54,025 bases of DNA from Candidatus Sumerlaeota bacterium (lineage in GTDB: Bacteria > UBP6 > UBA1177): NCBI GenBank assembly GCA_007132725.1, contig SLOD01000086.1, positions 1 through 54,025 on the forward strand, given 5' to 3'. Each line of letters begins with the position of its first letter. Positions within the stretch are counted from its first letter, which is position 1. Made by a program: the position numbers and the translations under genes. Shown here piece after piece: positions 1 to 9,721 of this stretch. Below the pieces are notes generated by a model, which saw nothing but the letters and a program-made list of their open reading frames with translations, ran no database searches and had not been told where the DNA came from.

Positions 1-194
1 ATGTCTGAATAGCAGGAAGCATCATACGGTTCATTAACTGAACCTGAAACAGATTTTTAAGACTCTTTTGAAATACTAGTCAGACTCTCTTCAAACTTTC
101 TGGAGTTTTGCAATTGGCTCAGTATCTTAATATCAACAGCATGTCAAGAGTGCCGGGTTTTTGATTTTTATTGAATTTTCCGTTTTTCAAGGAC

Positions 195-1979
195 TTATCT
201 GTTAAATTTCTTCTCTTTAAGTTTTTTATCAACCTCTTCATCTATTTCTTTTTTTTTCTGAACAAAGATATCAAATATTTTGCTGTCAAGCTTTCCTTTG
301 TCCACCTCGGACTTTATTATTTTTAAAGCAACTTCAGGCGGAATTGCCTTTTTGTACGGTCTGTCTTTTGCAGTAAGAGCATCGTAAACATCAACAATCC
401 CCATAGCTCTCTCAACAATTCCCAACGATGAAGCATCTTTATGGTAAGGGTATCCTGAACCATCAAGTTTTTCGTGGTGTGACGCTGCAACTGAAGGAAC
501 ATTTCTTAATTCAAAAGGCCATTCAATAGAGTCTAAAAGTTCATAACTGTAAATGACATGCTTTTCCATATCATTTCTTTCCTCATCATTTAAAGTGCCC
601 GCTTTTATGGCAAGATAACTTTTTTCAAGATCATTAAGAACCGGCACTTCGACCCCGTTTATATTAAAAACCAGACTTTCAATATCAGAGATGAGGGTTC
701 TTTGCTCTTCAGTTTGAGGTGCCGGCTTATTGAGTTCATCGAGAATTTCTATAAACTTTTTTATACTCTTTAACTTTGCTTCACTTTTATTATCTTCTCT
801 AGACAAAGAAGCGACTATATATCTCAATCTCCACTTTAAAGCTTCAAGCTGATCAGGGTAAAACCGCTCCTCTTTCATCAGTATCTTTTCCCTTACACCT
901 ACTTTACCGAAATCATGGAGTAATGCCGCCGTTTCGGCAGTTCTGAGAGTTGCGTTGTCAAGCTTAAAATCTTTATAGAATCCACTTTCATCAATTTTCG
1001 TTAAAAGAGCGGTCAAAAGTGCTGAAACTCTCAGACTGTGCCCTTTGGTAGCAGGATCTCTCTGTTCTATTGCTTTTACTGAGGAAATTATCATATTGTT
1101 CAGCAAAGTTTCAGTTTCTATAAGAAGTCTGTTATTCTCAACAGAAACAGCGGCCAAAGTTGACAAACTTTTCAAAACAAGTTCATCAAACTTTGAAAAC
1201 GGTTCCGTTTTTGCATCAGGAGACTTTTTTTTGTTTAACAACTGAACAGCTCCGATAATTTCTCCGGAATTGGTTTTCATCGGAACAGTTATAATTGATT
1301 CCGTTTTATAATTCATTTTAATATCAATTTCTTTGTTGAAATGATACGGCGCATCCTCGGGAATTTTATAAGCATCCGGAATGTTGAGAGTTTCTCCTGT
1401 GTGGCAGACAAATCCGACAAGACTTTTCTTATTAAAGGGAACTTCTTTTTTTTCAATCTTTCTGCTGTCAAAAAGTCTATTCTGTGAACAGACAAAATAT
1501 ATTTTTTCCCTGTCTTCACTCATTAGATAAAGAGTTCCTGCCTCCGCTCCTGTAGCTTTTCTAAGAAAAGTGAGAATCATATTGTAAAGATTTGAAGATT
1601 CTTTTTCCACTGTAAGGTTTATACCTATTTGAAGATTGTCAACTATACGATGATGCAGATTTTTGTTGATCTCCATTAGAGAAAAAATTATTCCAATAGA
1701 AAAAGGGGTAAGTTTTTCTCCATCCACCTTGAAAACAGTATTGGATATCTGTTCAAGTTCACAGTCAAAACCTACAATGATAGTATAGTCACTTTTTAAA
1801 ACCGGAGGAAAATCCGGCTTAAAATCCCACTCGTAAAGGAAAAGGATGAACGGTGAATTCATATCAGCAGAGATCTTTTTCAACTCAAAGTTGTCAAGAT
1901 AAACATGAACTTCTGTTCCTGGAATATTCGATATCTTCAGTGAGTCGGGAAGAATCACATTTCTGTACAATTCAGCCAC
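195..1979 (-). CDS. GAF + HD-GYP domain protein (c-di-GMP phosphodiesterase-type signalling protein)
   Basis: 594-aa ORF. HD motif 'LLHDFGKVGV' and GYP motif 'HHEKLDGSGYPY' lie in the C-terminal half, with a GAF-like segment in the middle. The start overlaps the plsB stop by 8 nt. Confidence 0.8.
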   Translation of the reverse strand: MAELYRNVILPDSLKISNIPGTEVHVYLDNFELKKISADMNSPFILFLYEWDFKPDFPPVLKSDYTIIVGFDCELEQISNTVFKVDGEKLTPFSIGIIFSLMEINKNLHHRIVDNLQIGINLTVEKESSNLYNMILTFLRKATGAEAGTLYLMSEDREKIYFVCSQNRLFDSRKIEKKEVPFNKKSLVGFVCHTGETLNIPDAYKIPEDAPYHFNKEIDIKMNYKTESIITVPMKTNSGEIIGAVQLLNKKKSPDAKTEPFSKFDELVLKSLSTLAAVSVENNRLLIETETLLNNMIISSVKAIEQRDPATKGHSLRVSALLTALLTKIDESGFYKDFKLDNATLRTAETAALLHDFGKVGVREKILMKEERFYPDQLEALKWRLRYIVASLSREDNKSEAKLKSIKKFIEILDELNKPAPQTEEQRTLISDIESLVFNINGVEVPVLNDLEKSYLAIKAGTLNDEERNDMEKHVIYSYELLDSIEWPFELRNVPSVAASHHEKLDGSGYPYHKDASSLGIVERAMGIVDVYDALTAKDRPYKKAIPPEVALKIIKSEVDKGKLDSKIFDIFVQKKKEIDEEVDKKLKEKKFNR

Positions 1980-4227
1980 CTTTTTGCATCATCAACATTA
2001 CTGCACTGATCTGTTTTAAAATAGATCCTGCAGAATTATCATCAATTTCTGAAAGATTATTTATCAGAATCTGTTTTTTCTCAAGAAAAAATATTATTTC
2101 ATAAACTTCATCTAAAGAAAAAACTTTTACTTCTTTTGCAAGTACCGGCATTAAACTTTCCGCCAAAGCCGTTTTTGATGTCTTTTTCAGCAGCTCTTTT
2201 TTATTCATCAAAACTTTTACCGTAAAATCAAGAAGACTAAAGCTGTCTTTAAAAAAACAGCAGACAGTTTTCTTAAACCATTCTTCCATTTTTGCTCTGC
2301 TTATCACCCCTTCCTGGATCAGTGTGCTGTTATACCCTTTTATAACTGTTTCAAGAAATTCTGTTACAAAGTTTCTCTCAATGGGGTCTTCAAAAAGCTC
2401 AACCATAAAAGGAGCAAAAGCAAAAGCAATGGAATTTTTATAATAACTGAATTCATAAAAAGCTTCCTGAGAAAGGAGAAACACTCCCTTTTTAGCATTT
2501 GCCTCAATGATGTCACCTTTCCTCATAAGCCGCCTTATAAGCCTTGAGCAGTTTACATCAAGATTGTCAAGAGCGGGAGCAGTCACCACAAAAGGGAGCA
2601 ACCTCATTTGATTCACCGAATATTCCATTTTTTCAACTACGTCATTCGATGTAAGCTCTTCATTACAAAGGAAAACTGTTGAAAAAAGTGCTGAAAAACT
2701 TATTACTGTGGCTTTTTCCTGATATTCTGCAATCCTGTATGCTGTCTGTTCACTGAATTTTCCGCTAAGATATATGGGTCTGGCAAATTTTATGTAAACA
2801 GGACCATATCTTGTTTTTATAAGAGTTCTGATGCGTGTAAAAAAGTTTTCCTTTTCCAGAGTCTTTCCTTCTTTCTTTTCTTTTTTATAATCCTCTATCT
2901 CTTTGAGTTTCTCATATGTTATTGATACCGGAACAACAAAAAGTTTTCTGCCTGTTTTCCTTCCGTTTTCAGCAAGCATCTTAAGCATTCCTGTCCTTGG
3001 AGAACGGACCATTCCACTTCTTGACCGCCCACCTTCTATAAAAAATTCAATATCATATCCCGCTGCAACAACATTTTTAAGATAAGAAGCGACCACATTT
3101 CTGTAGAAAAGATCTTCTTTCATTTTTCTCCTTATAAAAAAAGCTCCCATTTGTCTTAAAACCGTCCCTAACGGGAAAAAAGAAAGATTGTCTCCTGCCG
3201 CAACAAGAGGAACTGTCACTTTTTCGCTGTAAAGAAGATGGTTCAATATGAGATAGTCAAAATAGCTTCTATGGGTAGGGACAAGGATCATGTTGGTTCC
3301 CGGCATACAGCATATCCTTCTAAGGTGAACGATCTCTTCGTTAGAATAATGGTACTTTGAAAAAACTGTCTTAAGTACCCTGCCTATTACACGGGTGTAG
3401 AACTCAGCTCTTGCAGGGCTATATTTTGTTGCAAGTTTATCAATTATCTCGTTTGCTTTTTTTATTTTAACCTCATCTTTCAGTTTTAGGTCGAACAAAG
3501 TTTCATTTTTAATATCAAGCCAGCTTTTTAAAGAAACTCCTACCACATTTTTTCTTGTATCCTGCATTAATCCATGCAGTTTTTTGACGAAAATCTCCGG
3601 GGTCATATTTTTTCTTAATTTTCTTGCAAGACCGACCCGGAATATCAGTTTTCTCCTCTTTAACAGAAGCATCAAAAGTTCCCATGTAGTTGACCAGAGA
3701 TGGTATTTCCCCGTAATTTTTATCATCCAGTCCCATCTGCTTTTTTTACCAAGTTCTTTGCTCCAGAGAGTTACAACAGGGATTATTCTGACATCCCTGT
3801 TTTTAATGTAACTGTAAACATCTCTGAAAATTTTCTGCTCCAAAAGGTTTCCCGGAGAGTCTATAGGAACATAGACTCCTTTAATCTTTTTTTCAGGAAC
3901 AACTGACTTGTTGAAAAAAGAAACAAAAAAAGCTTTGATCTGCTTAAAAGACATGAAAAACACTGTTTTTGACCCAAAAGAATGGGTTGGCGGAACAATT
4001 CTGTTTTCAATCAAAAACCCATTGAAAAGAAATTGTTCAACTCTGCTTTTTTTTCCTGAAACATAAACCTTTATGCTCTTTGTATCTTTACTTAAACTTT
4101 TCAACTCTTCAATATCCGGAATTTCAAAATCAACTTTTTTAGAAAAAATTTTAAACAGCTTTAAATGTATCTTGTTTATAAAAACCGGAGAAAATTTTCT
4201 TAAAAAAAAGTATCGGTCTTTATTCAT
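1972..4227 (-). CDS. plsB: Glycerol-3-phosphate acyltransferase, PlsB type
   Basis: Acyltransferase blocks 'VPTHRSYFDYLIL' (HX4D), 'GAFFIRR', 'FIEGGRSRSG' and 'VVPVSITYE'. The ORF is open to GTG 4251. ATG 4227 has an AGGA Shine-Dalgarno 6 nt upstream and forms a TGATG overlap with the deoA stop. Confidence 0.75.
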   Translation of the reverse strand: MNKDRYFFLRKFSPVFINKIHLKLFKIFSKKVDFEIPDIEELKSLSKDTKSIKVYVSGKKSRVEQFLFNGFLIENRIVPPTHSFGSKTVFFMSFKQIKAFFVSFFNKSVVPEKKIKGVYVPIDSPGNLLEQKIFRDVYSYIKNRDVRIIPVVTLWSKELGKKSRWDWMIKITGKYHLWSTTWELLMLLLKRRKLIFRVGLARKLRKNMTPEIFVKKLHGLMQDTRKNVVGVSLKSWLDIKNETLFDLKLKDEVKIKKANEIIDKLATKYSPARAEFYTRVIGRVLKTVFSKYHYSNEEIVHLRRICCMPGTNMILVPTHRSYFDYLILNHLLYSEKVTVPLVAAGDNLSFFPLGTVLRQMGAFFIRRKMKEDLFYRNVVASYLKNVVAAGYDIEFFIEGGRSRSGMVRSPRTGMLKMLAENGRKTGRKLFVVPVSITYEKLKEIEDYKKEKKEGKTLEKENFFTRIRTLIKTRYGPVYIKFARPIYLSGKFSEQTAYRIAEYQEKATVISFSALFSTVFLCNEELTSNDVVEKMEYSVNQMRLLPFVVTAPALDNLDVNCSRLIRRLMRKGDIIEANAKKGVFLLSQEAFYEFSYYKNSIAFAFAPFMVELFEDPIERNFVTEFLETVIKGYNSTLIQEGVISRAKMEEWFKKTVCCFFKDSFSLLDFTVKVLMNKKELLKKTSKTALAESLMPVLAKEVKVFSLDEVYEIIFFLEKKQILINNLSEIDDNSAGSILKQISAVMLMMQKGG

Positions 4228-5531
4228 CAGATCTTTCCTTTTACAAGGCACCTTTCCTCTGGAGCTTCACTGGAAATTTTGACAGCTTTTTCAATGTATT
4301 TCATGCTGTTTCCAAGTTTCTTTTCATCTTCATAATATATATCGAACAAAACATCCCCGATATTAACGGTTTCGCCTGTTTTTTTATGAAAAACAAAACC
4401 TGCCCCCGGATCTACATTATCTTCTTTGTTCTCTCTGCCTCCACCAAGACAGACCAGAGCTTTACCAAAAAAAAGTGCGTTCAGTTCACTAACAAATCCT
4501 TTTTTTTCAGCTTTGATCTCTATTTTTTTAGAACATAGAGGAAGTTTTTCTGTATCATCTATGGCAGAAGGGTCTCCACCCTGTAACTCCACAGTTTTTT
4601 TGAATTTTTCAAATGCAGAACCATCATTGAGCTTTTCAAGGGCAACCTTTTTCCCTTCTTCGATAGAGTTTACCATGTTAAAAGAGTATTGCAAAGTTGC
4701 TGACATTTCAACAACAAGGTCTGTTATCTGCGGAACATACTCCCCTTTCAAAACCTTAACGGACTCTGATATTTCAAGAGAATTACCTACACAAAGACCC
4801 AACGGTTCATCCATATCAGTAAAAAGAATATCCACTTTTACATTGAAGTTCTCCCCGATTCTTTTCATAACCAAAGCAAGCTCTTTTGCCATGTCGAAGC
4901 TTGTCATAAAAGCTCCTTTGCCTACTTTTACATCGAGAATAAGACCCCCGATCCCTTCCGCTATTTTTTTGCTCATTATTGAAGAAGCTATTAGAGGAAT
5001 AGACTCCACAGTTCCTGTAACATCTCTTAATGCATAAAGTTTTCTGTCAAGGGGCGCTATTTCCGGAGTCTGGCCTATAAGAGAAAGACCATTTTCTCTA
5101 ACCATTTTTTTAAATCTTTCTATGTCGAGATTTACAGAGAATCCCGGTATTGATTCAAGTTTATCAAGAGTTCCTCCGGTATGTCCAAGCCCCCTTCCCG
5201 AAATCATAGGAACATGGAAACCAAGCACAGCAAGCAGTGGAGCAAGGGGAACAGATACTTTGTCGCCAACTCCACCTGTCGAGTGTTTGTCAACCACCGG
5301 GGCATCAATGTCTGAAAAATCGAGAACTTCCCCGCTATAAAGCATTTTTTTGACCCATGTTTTCAGTTCCCGGTCGCTAAGTTTATTAATAAAAACTGCC
5401 ATCAACATAGCAGACATCTGATAATCGGCAAGTCCGCCATTTAGATAGCTTTCAAGAAAATAAGAAATATCTTGTAGAGAAAGTTCTTTTCCATCTCTTT
5501 TTTCTGCAATAATATCATAAAACAGTTTCAT
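4227..5531 (-). CDS. deoA: Thymidine / pyrimidine-nucleoside phosphorylase
   Basis: 434 aa. The N-terminus 'DIIAEKRDGKELS' and the phosphate-binding 'KHSTGGVGDKVS' are typical of the family. Confidence 0.85.
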   Translation of the reverse strand: MKLFYDIIAEKRDGKELSLQDISYFLESYLNGGLADYQMSAMLMAVFINKLSDRELKTWVKKMLYSGEVLDFSDIDAPVVDKHSTGGVGDKVSVPLAPLLAVLGFHVPMISGRGLGHTGGTLDKLESIPGFSVNLDIERFKKMVRENGLSLIGQTPEIAPLDRKLYALRDVTGTVESIPLIASSIMSKKIAEGIGGLILDVKVGKGAFMTSFDMAKELALVMKRIGENFNVKVDILFTDMDEPLGLCVGNSLEISESVKVLKGEYVPQITDLVVEMSATLQYSFNMVNSIEEGKKVALEKLNDGSAFEKFKKTVELQGGDPSAIDDTEKLPLCSKKIEIKAEKKGFVSELNALFFGKALVCLGGGRENKEDNVDPGAGFVFHKKTGETVNIGDVLFDIYYEDEKKLGNSMKYIEKAVKISSEAPEERCLVKGKI

Positions 5532-5543
5532 TACTCTTTCTCC

Positions 5544-6341
5544 TTATTCACTTCCTGTCAAACTTTTTTCCCTTTTCCATACTTTGAATCCGAAAAGAAG
5601 TGGTCCTGCAAAAAGACCGAGCAGGATAAAACCGCTGTTAAACCTTGTAAATATCCAGTATTTTTCAGTGATCAAAGCAAGTCCCGCCCAGAAAAAAATA
5701 TCAACCTCATTAAAGAAAAGTATTGAGAAAAAAGCTCTCCCCAACCATTTTATCCACCCCTTAAAACTTCTTTGAGGAGGAGCTTTCCACACAAAACCTT
5801 TTTCCATCTTTTCTGCCCAACCTATAAGATCTCCCTTTTGAAGTTTTTCAGATATTTCCATCTCAAGCATAACTTTTTCACTGACCCATTTGGAATAACT
5901 TGCAATAAATGCCCCCGTAACAGCAAGAACAGGAACCATGAGGTCTATCATATTTCCCGTAAAAACAAATCCCCTGTATCCCATACCCCAAAACAGGAAC
6001 ACAAGTGTTACGGCGTCGGTAGCCTTATCAAAATAGAATCCGAATTTTGTGCCGGTGTTTCTGTAGCGGGCTACCGTTCCATCCATATTGTCAAAAATCA
6101 AACCAAGATTTATAAGAACAGCAGCATAAACACTTCCAGAGTAGGTATGTACAAAAAACAGGAACCATATTCCTGCAGATTTTGTAAGAACACTGAGGAC
6201 TGTCAACCTGTTAGGAGTTACCCATTTCTTTTCTATTAAAGGGAGAAGCAAAAGAATTGTAACCGGCCTTGCAAACACCATTGCCCAAAAATCATCTGAC
6301 TGATAATTTCTAAGCTTCATCCACCTTTTTTTTAAACTCAT
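5544..6341 (-). CDS. CDP-alcohol phosphatidyltransferase family membrane protein (substrate unknown)
   Basis: Full signature D-x2-DG-x2-AR-x8-G-x3-D-x3-D in 'DNMDGTVARYRNTGTKFGFYFDKATD', with multiple TM helices. Confidence 0.75.
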   Translation of the reverse strand: MSLKKRWMKLRNYQSDDFWAMVFARPVTILLLLPLIEKKWVTPNRLTVLSVLTKSAGIWFLFFVHTYSGSVYAAVLINLGLIFDNMDGTVARYRNTGTKFGFYFDKATDAVTLVFLFWGMGYRGFVFTGNMIDLMVPVLAVTGAFIASYSKWVSEKVMLEMEISEKLQKGDLIGWAEKMEKGFVWKAPPQRSFKGWIKWLGRAFFSILFFNEVDIFFWAGLALITEKYWIFTRFNSGFILLGLFAGPLLFGFKVWKREKSLTGSE

Positions 6342-6438
6342 CTCCCTCGACTCCTTAACACATTACGGAGACATTTTAGGTCTGTACTGTAATAAAGTCA
6401 AAAAAGAAGCAGAATTAAGGATTTTTCACCTTTTCAGA

Positions 6439-6466
6439 TTGACTTGGAGTAAGAAATAGTTAAAAT
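6439..6466 (+). promoter_or_regulatory. Putative sigma-70 promoter for the metallophosphoesterase gene
   Basis: TTGACT (6439-6444), 16-nt spacer, TAAAAT (6461-6466). It lies ~40 nt upstream of ATG 6505, which has an AAGGAGAG Shine-Dalgarno. Confidence 0.45.
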
Positions 6467-6504
6467 TTTACAGGCTGTGTGTTGTAAGTCAAGGAGAGAC
6501 AGAC

Positions 6505-8832
6505 ATGTTAAAATTCATTAAAATAACAAAGCTTGGGGGTTTCTTTTTTTTATTTTTGACCGGCTTTCACATTTACGCTGAGTCTTTTCTCTCAATTCAC
6601 GGGTACCCTCAAAACAGGTCTGAAATAGAAGATTATCAAATACAGGTTCAAACAAGAGCTATTCTGCAACCTTTTGTCAAAGATATTTTATACCCTGTTA
6701 TCGGGTTTCCTGCAATGATCACAGAAAATGACAAATATTTTTCCTTTATTTTAAGGTCAGATTCCAAACCAAAAATAGAAGCTGTTAAAATTGTACGGTT
6801 TTTTGACGGTGGCTTGAAAAAAGCTTTTGCCGAACTGCAACCCTATTCCATTGAAAAATCGGGAAACAATTTATACCGCGTAAAATGTAAAGTGCCTGTT
6901 ATTTTACCATCTGCAAGATACGATCTTGTCGTTTTTATTGAAGATAATCCTTTTCCTATGGTGTCGTGGAACTCTGTTTTCTTTCCGGTTGTTAACGAAA
7001 AAACCAGATTTTATGTATGGGCAGACCCGCAAATTCAGGATCTTCAATCGAAAATATCCAATCTGAATTTCAATTCAGGGAACTATCCTTTTAAAAGTGA
7101 CTCTCTCCTTGATTTCTCAAGACAGAAAGGAATAATCAAAGCAACTGTTTCTCAAATGAATGCTGGAAATTTTCACTTTGTAACAGCTCTTGGTGATCTT
7201 GTTTTCGGAATAAACTATCAAAGAGAATATGAGGATATAATCTCTCTGGTTTCAAATCTTGAGTTGCCTTTTTTTCCTGTTCCGGGGAACCATGACGGAT
7301 ATGCTAAATTTACCGATCAAAACAATCTTTCAACACCTCTTGAATGGGACGGTTTAGAATATTGGACCAGTTTTTTTGGACCTTTGTATTATGCTTTTAC
7401 TTTCAATGACCACACTTTTCTGATGCTGAACACTTACGATGGGACTCCTCAGAGAAGGGCTTCGGGGAAACCTGTCGGAATTGGAGACAACGCTGCTCCA
7501 CCTGTCAGTAACTGGGGCGGTTTTCAAACAAAAGATTCCCTTGACTGGATTGAAAAAATGATAGATCAGTATGATGTATTCGGTCTTTTTGCCCACATGA
7601 TGCCTCTTGGTCAGGCAGCAACAGGAAAATATCATCCGATGAAGAAGTTCCCCAAAGATTCAATAATCGGTGTGCTTGACTCTCAGGAGTGGAACATTGA
7701 AACTTCGGCATGGGACAGTGATCCCACAGACCTGATATTCAACGAAACTCAAAAAAGCAACACAGGACTGACACTTGCATCCTATATGACAAAACAGATC
7801 CCTGCCCCCTATTATTTCTCAGGGCACACCCACAGGGACAGGATATTCAGCTATGAGCCCGGGGAAGAGCTTGTTGAAGAAAGCGGTGTTTTTGCTACTG
7901 ACTATATGGAGTTTATCTCAACAACAACCGCCTCGTCAAGCGGTGAAACTTACTGGGGATTTAGAGAAGTGTCTATAAAACCTGACAGAGAGGTGAACTA
8001 TAATTACATCTGTGAAAGAGGAGAGATGTGTTTCCCCTTGGATGCTGAAAATCCGGGATTTCAGTCAGTTCCCGCAGGAAATATGTGGGTAAATTACAAA
8101 TGGGTATCTATCATCGGAGATCAGGAATCGATCTTTATTGGTGGTGATGGAAACACAACTAATGTAGAGGCTGAAATTATCAACTATCTTCCAACAAAAG
8201 AGCCTGTTACGCTAAGATTTATAATGCCTGCAAAAGAAAAAGGCTTTGTTGTTGACAATGACAGTTTTAAATTTTCTCAAGTTGGAGTTTCAAAAGATCT
8301 GTCAATAATGATAGTTGTTGTAAACGGAAAGATCGATGCCGGCTCGGAAAGCAGCGAGTTTGAGCACAGGGTGTTCAAAAGGAATGAACTTTCTGTTTCC
8401 ATCGAACCTGATGAAACAGAAGCTCCGGTGCCTGAAATAGAATACACATCACACATAATGAGCAATGAAAACATTGTCGCAGAAATAAAAAACAGCGATA
8501 AATATTTGTCTCTTGTATGGAGAAGAGATAATATTGATATATTTCAAGGAGAGTACTTGAACATTTTTTTTGAGGATTACAAACCTGTTGAAAAAATTAC
8601 TCTCACATACATTGCTCCAAATGGAGCTTTCGGCAGAAAAACAATTAATGTGTATGTCGAACCCTACATAGAAGAACCTGATGAAGAAACGGTTGAGGAA
8701 CCTGATAAAACAGAAGAAGAACCGGACGAAAAAGAAATTACAGAAGAACCGGACGAAACCGATGATGCTCTCAATGACGAAGATGAAGCTCTGAGAAAGA
8801 AAAAAGGGTGTTCTGTTATTCTTCTAATCTAA
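6505..8832 (+). CDS. Secreted calcineurin-like metallophosphoesterase with a large C-terminal extension and acidic tail
   Basis: N-terminal signal peptide 'LGGFFFLFLTGFHIYAES'. Phosphoesterase motifs 'GDLVFG', 'GNHDGY' and 'GHTHRD'. The C-terminus has EEPDE repeats and ends 'KKKGCSVILLI'. Confidence 0.7.
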   Translation: MLKFIKITKLGGFFFLFLTGFHIYAESFLSIHGYPQNRSEIEDYQIQVQTRAILQPFVKDILYPVIGFPAMITENDKYFSFILRSDSKPKIEAVKIVRFFDGGLKKAFAELQPYSIEKSGNNLYRVKCKVPVILPSARYDLVVFIEDNPFPMVSWNSVFFPVVNEKTRFYVWADPQIQDLQSKISNLNFNSGNYPFKSDSLLDFSRQKGIIKATVSQMNAGNFHFVTALGDLVFGINYQREYEDIISLVSNLELPFFPVPGNHDGYAKFTDQNNLSTPLEWDGLEYWTSFFGPLYYAFTFNDHTFLMLNTYDGTPQRRASGKPVGIGDNAAPPVSNWGGFQTKDSLDWIEKMIDQYDVFGLFAHMMPLGQAATGKYHPMKKFPKDSIIGVLDSQEWNIETSAWDSDPTDLIFNETQKSNTGLTLASYMTKQIPAPYYFSGHTHRDRIFSYEPGEELVEESGVFATDYMEFISTTTASSSGETYWGFREVSIKPDREVNYNYICERGEMCFPLDAENPGFQSVPAGNMWVNYKWVSIIGDQESIFIGGDGNTTNVEAEIINYLPTKEPVTLRFIMPAKEKGFVVDNDSFKFSQVGVSKDLSIMIVVVNGKIDAGSESSEFEHRVFKRNELSVSIEPDETEAPVPEIEYTSHIMSNENIVAEIKNSDKYLSLVWRRDNIDIFQGEYLNIFFEDYKPVEKITLTYIAPNGAFGRKTINVYVEPYIEEPDEETVEEPDKTEEEPDEKEITEEPDETDDALNDEDEALRKKKGCSVILLI
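8671..8763 (+). repeat. Imperfect tandem coding repeat (GAAGAACC[T/G]GA[T/C]GAA units) encoding EEPDE/EEPDK
   Basis: Read directly: 'gaagaacctgatgaa', 'gaggaacctgataaa', 'gaagaaccggacgaaaaa' and 'gaagaaccggacgaaacc' lie within 93 nt. Confidence 0.6.
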
Positions 8833-8839
8833 AAACCCG

Positions 8840-9625
8840 CTACTTTCCGATCGCATTATAAACTCCAAGGGCCGCTCTTTTTCTGCTCATGAATTTCATC
8901 ATTACAGCACCGAACTTGTTTATAAATCTTGGCATGGAAACAGGTTTTCCTTTGAGCATTTTTTCAACAGCTTCTTTTGCTGCAGGATAGCTTTCACCCA
9001 TTGCCATTTTTACGAACTTCGACTTCTTCTGTCTTGAAACATCTATAAATTCCGTATTCGTATATCCGGGACAAAAAGCACTTACCTTTACTTTTGAACC
9101 TGTTTTTTGAAGTTCGGCATGAATGGCTACAGTATAGTTCATTACAAATGATTTTGCTGCTCCGTAAGCGGCATACAGCGGCATAGGGTTGAATCCGGCA
9201 AAGGATGAAACATTCATGATGTATCCGCTTTCTTTTTCAACCATTTTTTTAAGGAACATATTTGTAAGTGCTGCAAGAGAAACAACATTAAGCTGTATCA
9301 TTGTATCAACTTCTTTTGCATCCTGATCCCTCACATGTCCAAAAATTCCATATCCGGCATTATTTATGAGAACTTCTATATCGTCATCTTTCACAAGCTT
9401 GTAAAGTTTTGAGGCTGCATCAAATCCGGCAAGATCCATAGAAATTACTTTTACAGAAACTCCCCATTTTTCTTCAACACTTTTTTTAACCTCTTCAAGT
9501 CTTTCTCTCCTTCTTGCAACAAGAACCAAATCCATCCCCACTTCACCTAAGATATTAGCAAAATCAACCCCGAAACCGCTGCTTGCTCCCGTTATTAAAG
9601 CTTTTTTTCCATTAAGGTCTATCAT
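8840..9625 (-). CDS. Short-chain dehydrogenase/reductase (SDR)
   Basis: 'GKKALITGASSGFG' NAD(P)-binding motif, 'NNAG', and catalytic 'YAAYGAAK'. ATG 9625 has a GAGGA Shine-Dalgarno. The ORF is open to 9643. Confidence 0.8.
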   Translation of the reverse strand: MIDLNGKKALITGASSGFGVDFANILGEVGMDLVLVARRRERLEEVKKSVEEKWGVSVKVISMDLAGFDAASKLYKLVKDDDIEVLINNAGYGIFGHVRDQDAKEVDTMIQLNVVSLAALTNMFLKKMVEKESGYIMNVSSFAGFNPMPLYAAYGAAKSFVMNYTVAIHAELQKTGSKVKVSAFCPGYTNTEFIDVSRQKKSKFVKMAMGESYPAAKEAVEKMLKGKPVSMPRFINKFGAVMMKFMSRKRAALGVYNAIGK

Positions 9626-9721
9626 TTCATTTTCCTCACACATAAATGACCACTGCCAAAAAGATGATTATAAAGAAAATTTATATAAACAAAAGGATAA
9701 ATATTTGATATGAGGACAAAA

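Noticed and set aside
1-194. A 'GCAGGAAGCA' string near the window start resembles the SRP (4.5S) RNA domain IV motif. I also checked this 3' flank of the HD-GYP gene for a terminator or a small gene.
   Set aside because: The match is only ~7 nt, and I could not draw the flanking complementary helix of SRP RNA. There is no GC-rich hairpin with a T-tract. Any ORF here is too short or runs off the window edge, so it cannot be supported.
4426-5037. Long antisense ORFs inside clearly assigned genes. Examples: 203 aa opposite deoA, 216 aa at 16249-16899 opposite coaBC, 172 aa at 17545-18063 opposite the FHA gene, 223 aa at 40884-41555 opposite the S9 peptidase, and 150 aa at 36989-37441 opposite oadB.
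   Set aside because: Each lies fully within a gene whose sense-strand product has strong family motifs. Their translations are low-complexity (Ser/Pro/Phe/Ile-rich), and they have no Shine-Dalgarno or recognisable domain. They are typical shadow ORFs.
8671-8763. The short tandem repeats here, and the repeated AAPSRP units at ~19250-19285, might hint at a CRISPR array or minisatellite.
   Set aside because: They are in-frame low-complexity coding repeats (EEPDE and AAPSRP) with no spacer-repeat architecture.
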